52,127 bases of DNA. It comes from Peribolospora baueri (taxonomy: Eukaryota). The number at the start of each line of letters is the position of its first letter. Within the stretch, counting starts at the first letter, position 1. The DNA is taken from assembly GCA_029717555.1 (NCBI GenBank), contig JAMDHS010000119.1, positions 1-52,127 of the forward strand, written 5' to 3'. The notes beneath the pieces were generated by a model. It worked only from the letters and a program-made list of their open reading frames with translations, had not been told where the DNA came from and searched no databases. Positions 38,344 to 48,527 of this stretch are shown here, piece by piece. The translations under genes and the position numbers were made by a program.

Positions 38344-39712
38344 ATGGACTCGCGGCCGATCCCGGCCAGCATTTTGGCCAACATTGACTGCGAACGGCTG
38401 CTCGCAGCGGCGTCCGCATTAAGGGGCGGGATTGGGTCGCCATAGCTGGTGGGCTCCCTGCTTTTGGATCTAACGACGCCGTCCTGCAACTGATATTCGA
38501 TGACGGAGAGCGCTGGGCCGCGAAACTGAGCAGGAGGGAGGACGAGCACTTGGTCCAAGTCGAGGCTACAGTGCTCCGCCACATCTCCACTTATGCCCCG
38601 CAAATCAGGGTACCGCGCTGTCACTATACGTCCCGGCCGATTCTAGCGGCGTCGGCTCCTTACACGCTCATGGACTGGGTGGACGGCAGCGAGCTCGAGT
38701 GGTCTAAGACTTGGCCAGATGGTCGCCGCAAGGTTCTCCAGCAATCGGCGAAGTTTTGCGTCTCTCTTCCCTTCTTACCGCCGTTCGGTCCAGAGGCGTT
38801 CGGTCCAGAGGCGTACCCCTGGACGAAGGCCTCGCAGTACTTTTTCGGCTACACCGACGAGCGGATAGAGAGTGTCCTCACTGGTCGACGGAGCGACTTT
38901 GATATGGTCGACTGCTTGATATATCGTGCTCGTGTTGAGAAGTTGTGCGTTCGCCCAGAGCTCGGAAATGGGCCGTTTTCTATGGTTCACGGCGATCTCA
39001 GCGGCTCCAATATACTCGTCGATAACGAGTTGAATATTGTCGGGTGAGCCCCACCGCCTCGAGATGATTTGCGACTGTTGCTCGTACTCAAGGCTGATCT
39101 CCGGCGTGTTGACGCGTTAATTCTTAGGATCAGCGATTGGGTCGGCTTTAATGTGGCGAGCCGCTTCCACTGCTGGAGGCGGCAAGTTATCCATCGCTCA
39201 TCAAGGCCTGGGGTGAGGAGGACTACGAAACTGACCGTGACATGTACCTCGAGCTCTGCAGGTAAGCGGACATGGAATGAGCCGCCGACGTCTGGACTCC
39301 ATTGACTTCTTGGTCACTCCAATCGTTCCGCACAGCGCCGAGGAGGAGAGGCGCAGGATGGCGCACCGGCTCGGACCTTTGATGAGCGACGCAGAACTTC
39401 AGGACGTCATCTCGTCTCTTTGCAGCAAGCTCGCATTCTGGGAATTCATGGCTTTAGCGCGTTGAAGCTGTCGACCTCTGTCTCGATATTTGGCGTCTAG
39501 CTCGGCACTGCAGACTAAATAACCAAGAAATAAGGTGGAGAGGGGTTTGAGAAAAGCACAAGACGGATTTCTCGTAGCCTATGCGAGTGGTCTGGATGCG
39601 TTCAAGAACTCGGAGAATCCCTAGGCGTCGGTGTCGACCAGATTCTGCCTAGCTGCGCGGCGATTCTCAAGAATGGGAGGGCGGAGGAAGAGCGCTATGA
39701 GGCTGGTGATTG
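38344..39712 (+). pseudogene. Second APH-like phosphotransferase with at least two frameshifts
   Basis: NIDCERLLAAASALRGG, frameshift at about 38435, then FGSNDAVLQLIFDDGERWAAK...VEATVLRHI...RVP...YTLMDWVDG...FSMVHGDLSGSNILVD...G|ISDW. A second frame shift occurs near 39155. The 3' end is approximate. Confidence 0.78.
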
Positions 39713-40227
39713 AATGAGGATCTTATTAAATGAATGGAAGTGGCAGTTTCCTGAGGGCTTGGTGCCGAAGTGCGGCTGCCACACTGGCGGTCCTATTACC
39801 TTTTATTCTCCGTCTGAAGGCACCCATCAGGCGCTTCGCTTTTTTTCCCTTTCCTTTGTGGTCTCTCTCCTGTCACCTAGTATAAGAGCAGCCCTCCGAG
39901 TCCTCGTCATCATCATTTTCATATCAATTCATAACCTCCAGCTGCACTGCCTTGGGTATCAGAAGGCCATCCGAGAAGATAACCGGAGGGACCAGAAGGG
40001 ACGAGTGCGGTTCTGTTCTTGAGCGGCGTCGGGGTGAGAGGCGAAACAAAGTGACATTGCCGAAAACCGAAGAGGGAAGGGAAAGGTGCTGCGGAGGCCA
40101 AAGAAAGCAGTAGGGCAAAGCACCGCGGGCAGAGAAGAAAGATCAGCGGACGAAAGCGCCATGCAGGCTAGAGACCTGTTCTCGATTCAAGGCGGCGACC
40201 AACGCACCGGGCACGCATACTCTTCCT

Positions 40228-41107
40228 CTATGGCGCATCCACGGCCTTCAGCATCGCTTTGATCTCCCCTAGAGACGGCCTGAGGGCTGGGTCCTCAGCA
40301 GCGCACGCGCGGAAGACGTCTCCGAAGGGGCCCTGCAGATCGAGCTTGATGAAGGGCCGAGGATAGCTGCGGTTCACCATCTCCCACAAGCACAACGAGA
40401 AGAGGTACACGTCCGATGCCTCGTTTAAGGAAAAGCCTTTGCGAGCCTCCGGAATGTGGACTTTTGGCTCCTCCAAGGGTCCCTCAAGGTCACAGAGTAC
40501 GAGGGGCTCCGCGTCGAGGAGGTTGCGGAGGGCCACGTCGCCGTGACATATGCCTTGCGCATGCAGCTGTTCCAGGCTGTCCAGCACTTGAAGGCACAAC
40601 GTCTTTATCTGCGTCACGGGGCGCTCGGGGCTGAAGTAAATAAGCGTAGCCATGTCCGTCGGGTAGAGAGGAAACACCAAGTCATTGTCGGCCGTCCTTC
40701 CCAGCACCTGAATGACGCCAGGGCGTCCCAACATCGCCAGCAAGTTTGTGACTTCCCGGTCTCCCCTCGGGCGCTTGACGAAATGTATTCCCTCCACCGG
40801 CGACACAACGGGCAGCCGTTTCATCAGGTCGCTGCTGACGGGGCTGTAGCGTTCCCTTCCAGCGTCGTCGCCGTCGTCGGCCTTGTACTCCGTTCGGCGC
40901 ACCTCATCGCCGTCCAGAACCAAGTTAACCTCGTATTCGGGCAAGTCCTCCTCGAAGCGTAGCACTCTGGCGGCGAGGGTGTCCGGCTTGTCGACGATGC
41001 GCACGTACCAGGTCTCGTACCATACCTCCGCTCCCCACACCGTAGGCCCACAAGGAGTGCTTGAAGTATCTGAACTCTCTACCCGCCCTCAGGACCGCGA
41101 CCGACAT
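40228..41107 (-). pseudogene. Intronless protein-kinase-like gene with a tyrosine-kinase-type catalytic loop; 5' frameshift near 41035
   Basis: HFVKRP, REV, CHGDVALRNLL, LCDLEG, IPE, SDVYLFSLCLWEM and DPALRPS. The nearest upstream ATG (41107) is out of frame with ORF 40228..41040. Confidence 0.72.
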
Positions 41108-41640
41108 CTTGGCGTGTAGGGGCGAAGTTCGAGGTGCCGAGCGGGTAAGCAGGAGGCAAAACCGCCGGCTGTGGTCGACGTGCTGAGCCTGCTTTGGAAA
41201 AGTAGCCGAAGACAGTCGGAGAGGCTCACAGGGACACCAGGAGGCCGCGGCGATGGAAAAAAGTGGTGGCAGAGCCGACAAAGAGGAGAACGATCCGTGG
41301 TGGTGGTAGGGAAATGAACTCGAGACTGAGGGCAGGTCAGGGCGAGGGCGAGGGTGATAGCGCGGTGGCGACGCCTATTCAAACTTTATTGTTGGCTAAT
41401 TTACGGCTCGGCTTTCTCGTCACAGACGACGTGGCCTTGTCACAAGCTCAACCGCAAGTTCAACGTCAAGCTCCAAGTCCTCAATCGAGCGACAATAAGC
41501 ACTTACGACATCAGCTGGCCGAATTCGGCCATTGTCACCGGGATCGAGCCGAATCAGCCCCAAGAGAGATCTCCCAAGGAGAGTATAAAGCAGCTCGGTT
41601 GTCCGATGTCGTCTCGTATCTGCCCCCACAAGCAAACAAG

Positions 41641-42343
41641 ATGGCCCTTCTTCTCAACAAGCCTATCGCCGCTGCCGACTACAATACCCTGCCCTACATT
41701 ACCGACGCGGCAGGCGCTTGGGAAGAATTTAGTGAGGGAGCTCGCCAAGCTGGAGGAGATCTTCAGGCGCCATGCAGCCACCGAGCACTTCTCCCTTCAC
41801 CTTGTACACAAACACTTCGACATCGAGGAGGACAACATCATGATATCGTACCAGGTGGACGTGGGCGAGGGCGAAGTAGGGGAGGTTTGCAGACCTAGAC
41901 CCTCCTTGCCCGGCAGCGAGCTGCAAGGGCACCTATACCTCGTCACTCCGGAAGGAAGGCTGCAGGCCTACGAATACACACCGAACGACAGTGAGGGCGT
42001 CGAGGGGTTCGACGACTTCCTCGATGAGTTCGTGCGCTTCATGGTAGCCTCTCCCGCCGGTCGTGCCCTCTCCCTCGAGCTGAGCAACGACAGGACCGGC
42101 AGACTGGTGAGGGAATTTGAGCTGCCCGAGCATCGCTCCACCGCCCTTCTCCCTGTGCGGTTCTTTGTAGACGACGCGCCCCCAACGGTGATAACAAACC
42201 GCGTCTTCAGGGGAGGACTTACCACGCACGCCCAGCATTGCCTGTGGATGATAAGAAGTGAACGTCACAAAATCTACTGGACCAAGTGCGGAAAGCAAGC
42301 AGTACAGCCTGCCGCTTTGCAGCGCATTCTCGAGGTCTTCTAG
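41641..42343 (+). pseudogene. Uncharacterised protein (YNTLP...FSLHLVHKHFD motif) with a frameshift near 41710
   Basis: MALLLNKPIAAADYNTLPYITDA in one frame continues as QALGKNLVRELAKLEEIFRRHAATEHFSLHLVHKHFDIEEDNIM...LQAYEY...FLDEF in another. Confidence 0.6.
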
Positions 42344-43040
42344 GGGGCCACTGCTGTTGCCGTCCCGCCTCGAAACACGAATCCCTCGGCCAGGGCCGCC
42401 CAGATGTCCAGCGAACGTACCTTCCCACCTCCGCAGTCCCTCCTGTATTCATTGCCCCGCCCCCTCACCTGCACCACTCCTTTTATCGAGCTATGTGTAC
42501 GTATTTGAAGATCCCTTCTGCGTGTCCTCGTCCGGGAAGATGCAGCGCCCCTTCTCGAGCTTGCTTTGCAACGTTTATGCTGCAAGTGACAGAATGGGAC
42601 AATGGGGAGAAGACAAAGGAATGAGAAAGTTTGATAGTGACAAAGGGAGGGAAGAAAGGTACCGAGGAGTGCGGAGTGCGTTCGGTCATTCCTGCACGCA
42701 GCCGATGGCTGTCCGCCCGCCCTGCCCCTTAGCGACACTGTGCAGTGGTACTATCGTTTTATTAACATCGCCGGCGGACCATGCACGGGCCGTCTGCCGC
42801 AGCCGTCCGATTTCCACGCGCCGAAGTCTTTCCTGGCTGGCCGCGGCGGCGCGGCGGAGGGAGGTTCCGAAAGGGAGGGAGGGGGGTACAAGGAAAGAAA
42901 GAAGAATCAAGTCGTCCGCCGTCGTCGACACGCTCGTTTCCTCCTTGACCTTCTCTCACCTCATCTGTTCGTCCAGCTCTACCTTTCCGGCCGTCCGTCT
43001 CGCAAGCGTAGGCTCCCCGCCCACACCGCACCGCACCGCC

Positions 43041-43865
43041 ATGACTTCCTCGACCCGCCCCGAGGGCCGCAGGCCGACGGCGGACGACATCGACGACCTC
43101 CTCCTCTCAGCGCGTTACGGCGACCTGGACGACGTGCGCACGGCCGTCGAACAGGTCTTTGGCGGCGGCGACGGCGGCGATGGGCTCGCGGCGGTTGTGA
43201 ACGAGGGAGGGAACGGGCCGTTGCATATGGCGGCTGCTAATGGACATGCTGGTGGGTGGTGTGGTGGTGCTTGGGGGGGGCCATCAAGTATGGACAAGAG
43301 GAGCGGGGATGGCGATGTGAATGGTAATGTAATGTGCGACTCACCCCCGTTATTCTGTCCTTTCTTTCCACTCGGAATTCCCAACGGTCATCCCATCCCA
43401 TCAGACGTGGTATCCTACCTCCTCCCACACCTCTCTCTCCCTTCCCTCCTTCTCAAGAACGCATCCGGAAACACCGCGCTGCACTGGGCGGCGGTGAACG
43501 GACACCTGGCGGTCGTGCGCGCTATTGTCGACCGCGTTGACGAGCTCTCGCCGGCGTCGCCGGAAGGAGCACGCGGCGAGGGAGACAAGAGCAAGGACAA
43601 GGACAAGGACGAGAAGGAGAAGGAGGACGAAGAAGGGGAGGAAGACGAGGAGGCATCCCGCCGTCGTCCATGGGATGTGCCAAATGCGGCAGGCCGGGGG
43701 CCGATGAGCGAGGCGCAGATGGCGGAGAAGGAGGAAGTGGTTCGATTTTTGCTGGATAGGATGACGGGCGGGGAGGAGGGGAGTGGAGCGGACGCGGAGA
43801 GGCGGCGAGAGGGAGAGGGTGGGGCGCTTGCGGACGGGGTAGAGAAGCTCAAGGTGGACGGTTGA
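43041..43865 (+). CDS. YAR1: Ankyrin-repeat protein, Yar1-like (Rps3 chaperone); one intron at 43252-43404
   Basis: DDIDDLLLSARYGDLDDV, NEGGNGPLHMAAANGH|.DVV.YLL and NASGNTALHWAAVNGHLAVV, with an acidic C-terminus. Confidence 0.85.
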   Translation: MTSSTRPEGRRPTADDIDDLLLSARYGDLDDVRTAVEQVFGGGDGGDGLAAVVNEGGNGPLHMAAANGHAGGWCGGAWGGPSSMDKRSGDGDVNGNVMCDSPPLFCPFFPLGIPNGHPIPSDVVSYLLPHLSLPSLLLKNASGNTALHWAAVNGHLAVVRAIVDRVDELSPASPEGARGEGDKSKDKDKDEKEKEDEEGEEDEEASRRRPWDVPNAAGRGPMSEAQMAEKEEVVRFLLDRMTGGEEGSGADAERRREGEGGALADGVEKLKVDG

Positions 43866-45061
43866 GCTTCCTGGCCTGCAATACCAGCCACTTCACACCC
43901 ACTCCACCTCACCCCCGCCTTTACTCGTCTTCCTTATACACGAGGCATTGCACGGCCTCTCGCATCCGTCAAGTGGCCTCATCCGGCGCCACAGTCGCAT
44001 CGCATCGCACCGCACCGCATCGCACCGCATCGCACCGCACCGAGGCACTATACCACGTCCTCCTCCGTCCGTGTCGCGATCACTCAGACAGAAAGACCGA
44101 ACCAGTCCCCGTTGTCCCTCACGGAATGAGCCGATCATTCGTTCGTAGGCACGCACGACACTCATGTAGATGAACGAGAGACGCAGACGCAGACGCGGTG
44201 TCGCAAATCGATGATGTGCACTCCTAAGGAACGAAGGAAGTTAGGAAATAAAAGAAGGAAGGATACGGGTAGGAGAGACGAGACGAGACGAGCAGGGAGA
44301 GGCAGGAAAGGGAAGGAACGAAGGCAATAAGTAGCTCGCCGCTTCGAAAAGTGCGGGTAGGCCGAAAGAAAAGGAAAAGGAAGACGGAGGATTGGGTAAA
44401 GTTGGGGAGAGACGAAAGCGACGACGACCAAGGTGACTAGCCCCACTGGAGGGCGAACGACGGACGGGCGGACGGGCGGACGGATGGACGAATGGACGGA
44501 TGGACGAACGGACGGACGGACGGAGGACGAGGAGCAGACGATAGCGGTTTCAGAAGAGAACGGGCGGAGGGCAACGGGGGCGGAACAGGGTACGATCGGA
44601 ACAAACGATGCGAGAGACGGGCACGAAGGAGAGGGAGGAGGGGGCGGAAATACCAAGAGCGGGTCGTGTTGGGCTAATGAGGCGGACGACAAGAAGATGG
44701 GCCGGGGCCGGGGGGTTATGGACAAAAAGGCGGGGCGGGAAAGAAGCGGTCGTCGAAGGCGGAGGGAACAGAAAAAAAAAAAAGCCAAAGGCGGCGACGG
44801 CGACGACGACGACGGCGGCGAAGGACGGAACGTGCGCTGAACCAGGTGAACTAGTGGGACGGCGAAGAGGAACGTTCGGGCGACTTGGACGAAGCTGACG
44901 TGAGGGCGGGGAGGCGGGGGGAAGGACGGGGTGTCGACTCGACCGGACTGGACAGATGCACGTGGCCAGGTAAGATAGATGCTACAGCCGGGCCTGATTT
45001 TTTCGTAAGAGGGGCGGGGCGGGCAGACGAAAGGTGGAGGACAGAACGGAGGGAGGGCGCT

Positions 45062-48000
45062 TCATACGCCCGTAGGCCCAGAGCCGGTGCCGAAATCGAG
45101 GAAAGAGCTAAAGTCGGCCGAGTTAAAGTCAAAGTCGAGGTTGCCGATGCCCAGGTCTCCGCCGTAAAGGTTGAGGTCGTCGGAGAGGAACTCTGTCGCG
45201 GAGGAGATCGTCTGCGTTTGAGGTTGCTGCTGCTGGCTCTGAGTCTGATGATTCTGGTTCGCGTTCTGATTCTGGCTCTGGTTCGCGTTCTGGTTCGCAT
45301 TCTGGTTTGGCGGTGGAGGGGCCATGGAGGATTGCGTTGGCGGCGGCGCTGGTGCGGAGGAGGCGGGTGGGGCTTGCGGTTGCGGCGGCTGCGGAGGTTG
45401 CTGGGGCTGCTGAGGCTGTTGAGGTTGTGGAGGCTGTTGAGGCTGCTGAGGCTGAGGAAGTTGCGGCGGAGGTTGAGAACCCACGCCGGTCGAGCTCTTT
45501 CGCTGACGCTTGCGCTCCGGAGGAGAGCCACCTCGGTCGACCTGCAAATGCAGGCACAAAGCGGTTCGGTCAGACGAAACGGGATCAGTGAACAACCTAA
45601 CGGGACTTTCTGCTGCGCCGATTTGCGGGTCCAAACTCACCGGAACGCCACTGGGGGACATTCCCGGCCGAACCACCTGTCAACGGAGGGCCGATGTCGC
45701 GAAGATGAGCGACGCAAGCATGACACGAGAATTAAAGGAGGCGTGGCGCCTATGGAGAACTCACCGATGAGCTGGGAGACATGCCTGGTCGAACAACCTG
45801 TCAAAGAGCGAAGAAGGGGGGGTTTGAGCGACGAGACCGAGCGAAGAGGGGGAGTCGAGCGACGAGACCGCCTATTAGCCCAATGGACAGCTCGAAAGAA
45901 ACGGCCCGCAAGACTTACAGAGCCGCTGGGCGACATGCCCGGTCGGACGACCTGTAGAAGAAGTGAAAAGGGTAAGGACGAGGGGTCAGCGACAAGGCTG
46001 CGCACTTCCACCACCAGACAAGGAGTCACCGCTTGTAAACGCACCGATCCGCCAGGGGACATGCCTGGGCGAAGAATGCCCTGCTGGGCTGCTTGCTGTT
46101 GAGCCGCCTGCTGCTGGGCCGCTTGTTGCTGGGCTGCTTGCTGCTGGGCTGCTTGCTGTTGGGCCTGCTGCTGGTGGAAGAGCAATTGCTGTTGTTGCTG
46201 TTGTTGCTGTTGCTGCTGTTGCATCTGGGCGGGCGACATCTGAGCCGGTGACATGGCGTTCATACTGGACGAGGACAAGGAATGAGAGAATTGCGCCAGC
46301 CATGGATGAGAACTGAAACGGGCGAACGGTGCGAGCGCCCGACTCACCCTGGTCGACTCTGCATCTGCATCTGCTGCTGCTGCTGCTGCTGCTGCATCTG
46401 CATTTGCTGTTGCATCTGCATCTGCTGCTGGTGTGCAATCTGCTGCTGCGCCGCCATCTGCTGCTGAAACCGCTGCGCCTGCGCCTGTGCCAACTGCACC
46501 TGCTTGATCTTTGCGCTGAGGTTGTTCTGTGCGAGCGGGACGAGGAGACGGGGCGGAGTCGACGAGCGAGCATCAGTATACGACGAAACAGGTCGAGAGC
46601 GAACGAGACCGGCGGTCCTCGCCTTCCCAAAACTCACCCTCTCCTCCGCGGTCAAATTGTTCACGTCCCGACCGGTCAAGCCGACGAGGTTCATACAGTG
46701 CGTCAACAGCGCCGCCCCGGCCGGCCTTGCCACGCCCACCACGTTCATGCCCATGTTCGGCGCACTGGATCCAGGACCAGGTCCAGGCCCCAAGCTCTGG
46801 AACATGCCGGGAGTGCTCGGCGTGCCTGGCACCGTCCCCGCGGGACCGCCGCCGCCGCCAGGTCCTGGCCCTCCGTTCTGCGCCGCGGCGGCGGCGGCGG
46901 CGGCGGCGGCGGCCTGCTGTTGATGCTGCTGCTGCTGCTGTTGCTGCTGAGCGGCTTGTTGAGCGGCCTGCTGTTGTCGGAGAATGTTTTCCCGTTGTGC
47001 CTGAGCCGCCTGGATGGCTTCCATCGTCGCAGGTCCTGATCCTGGCCCTGGGCCGGGGCCCGGTGGACCTTGGTTCGGCACTCGCTGCTGGGGCTGTCCG
47101 AAGCCGAGGGGCCCAGGCTGGTGCCCGCCGTGCGGCGGTGGCGGAGCGGGACCTTGCTGCTGCTGACCTGGTTGCGTCTGCTGCTGCTGTGACGGTTGCT
47201 GCTGCATCGCCTGCCCCTGCTGGCCGCCAATCTGCTGCTGCGAAAAGGGCGGCGACTGCGACGGTGGCTGCTGCATTGCCGCACCCTGAGGTCCGATCTG
47301 CTGCTGGACAAAGTGCGGCGAGTGGTGCTGTAACCGCGACGGTCCCGGTTGACCCGGCGGACCGCTCGGGCCACCCATGTGTTGCGGTGGCTGGCCGCCG
47401 GGCTGCTGATGCTGAGCGGCGGCGGCCGCGGCCTGTTGCTGGTGCTGCTGCTGAAGATGGATCGGCGTACCGGGATGAGGGCCCTGTGGTGGCCCCATGT
47501 GCATTGACGTGGGCGTCTGCGGAGGCACCGGCGAAGGGCCGGCGGAACCGTTTTGCATGATCGGCGGCGCGCCTATCATGCCTCCCGAGGCGGCCCCCTG
47601 GCCGACGATCCTGCCTCGCAAGTTGAGCTGGTTCTGGGCGGTCATCCGCTGTGCCTGGACAGCGGAGCGGAGCTTCAATGCCTGGGCCTCGACGTAGGCC
47701 AGGGCATCCTTGCCGTTCTGCGATCCGCCTGAGCGGGCGGTGAAGATGTCCCAGAAGACGGTCCACCACCTGGGACGAGGAAAGGCGGCGGCAGGGTGAG
47801 TGGGCAGGCAGATGGAGGGCGAATTAGGTGATGGACGGATGGACGGAGGGCTCACTCATACAACAAGCCCTGAGGGGCATCGATGGGCACCTGCTGGTCG
47901 GGCAAAACGCCGGCCTCGTTGACGAAAGCCTGTGCGGCCTCCTTGAGGTTTCGTTTTTGACAATAGTCCCAGATGTAGATGTGAAGCCTGAAGGAAGGGA

Positions 48001-48527
48001 GTTAGAAAGAGGCATTTAGCGAACGGAAGACGACACGACGCGTTCTCGGCGTGCGGACACCGACAAGCGCGCGTCCATGGACGCCCAAGCGGGGTCGTAG
48101 ACAAGGCGGCGACGCGGAAGGCACCGGTGGGGCCGCATTCAGGGAGGGCGATCGGGCGCGTGGGCGAGAGCAAAAGCGGTGGTCGGGGCGGCGAGACGAG
48201 GTGGGACACGTGGGACGCGAAGACGCGGGCAGGAAAAAAAACAAAAAAGAAGGAGAAAAGGGGCGAGAAGACAGGGAAGACTCACATCTTGTCGCCGTCC
48301 CATGCCCTGGAGCCGGTGGAAGAGTGACTGGGGTGCATGGAGCCGTTGGCGGCGTGCGCGTGCGGTGGTGGTGGACCTCCTGCTGGCGTGGGCGCGTTGG
48401 CTGCTCCGCCATTGGGAGCGCTGGATGGTGGTGTTGGGCCGGTGCCGGCGGTAGCGACGCCGACGCCGACGCTCGCCGCCGGGGCTGCGGATGCCGGTGT
48501 ACCACCCACGGCGGGAGCTCGGATCAT
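45062..48527 (-). CDS. LisH/LUFS-domain Q-rich transcriptional regulator, Flo8/SomA/SSDP-like
   Basis: WDGDKM|LHIYIWDYCQKRNLKEAAQAFVNEA...PIDAPQGLLYE|WWTVFWDIFTAR, long polyQ tracts, basic PERKRQRK, and acidic-aromatic tail DFDFNSADFSSFLDF. Confidence 0.9.
46080..46470 (-). repeat. CAG/CAA-rich polyglutamine-coding repeats (QQQAA and QMQ units)
   Basis: Runs of (ctg/ttg)n on the + strand within exons of the LisH gene. Confidence 0.85.

Noticed and set aside
41354..41640. N-terminal third of ORF 41354..42343
   Set aside because: GTG start. The protein-like start is the out-of-frame ATG at 41641, so the upstream part is probably non-coding.
42258..43040. Apparent 260-aa N-terminal extension of the ankyrin protein (ORF 42258..43865)
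   Set aside because: Non-ATG start and no protein-like features. Yar1 similarity starts just after the ATG at 43041.
43995..44530. (cgcat/cgcac)n and (ggac)n short repeats; similar (gact)n runs near 25130 and 49015
   Set aside because: Ordinary microsatellites in UTR or intergenic DNA. There are no unique spacers, so this is neither CRISPR-like nor telomeric.
44851..47769. Many long overlapping ORFs (e.g. 44885..46102 +, 46529..47560 +, 46573..47769 -)
   Set aside because: Shadow frames of the GC-rich polyQ LisH gene.
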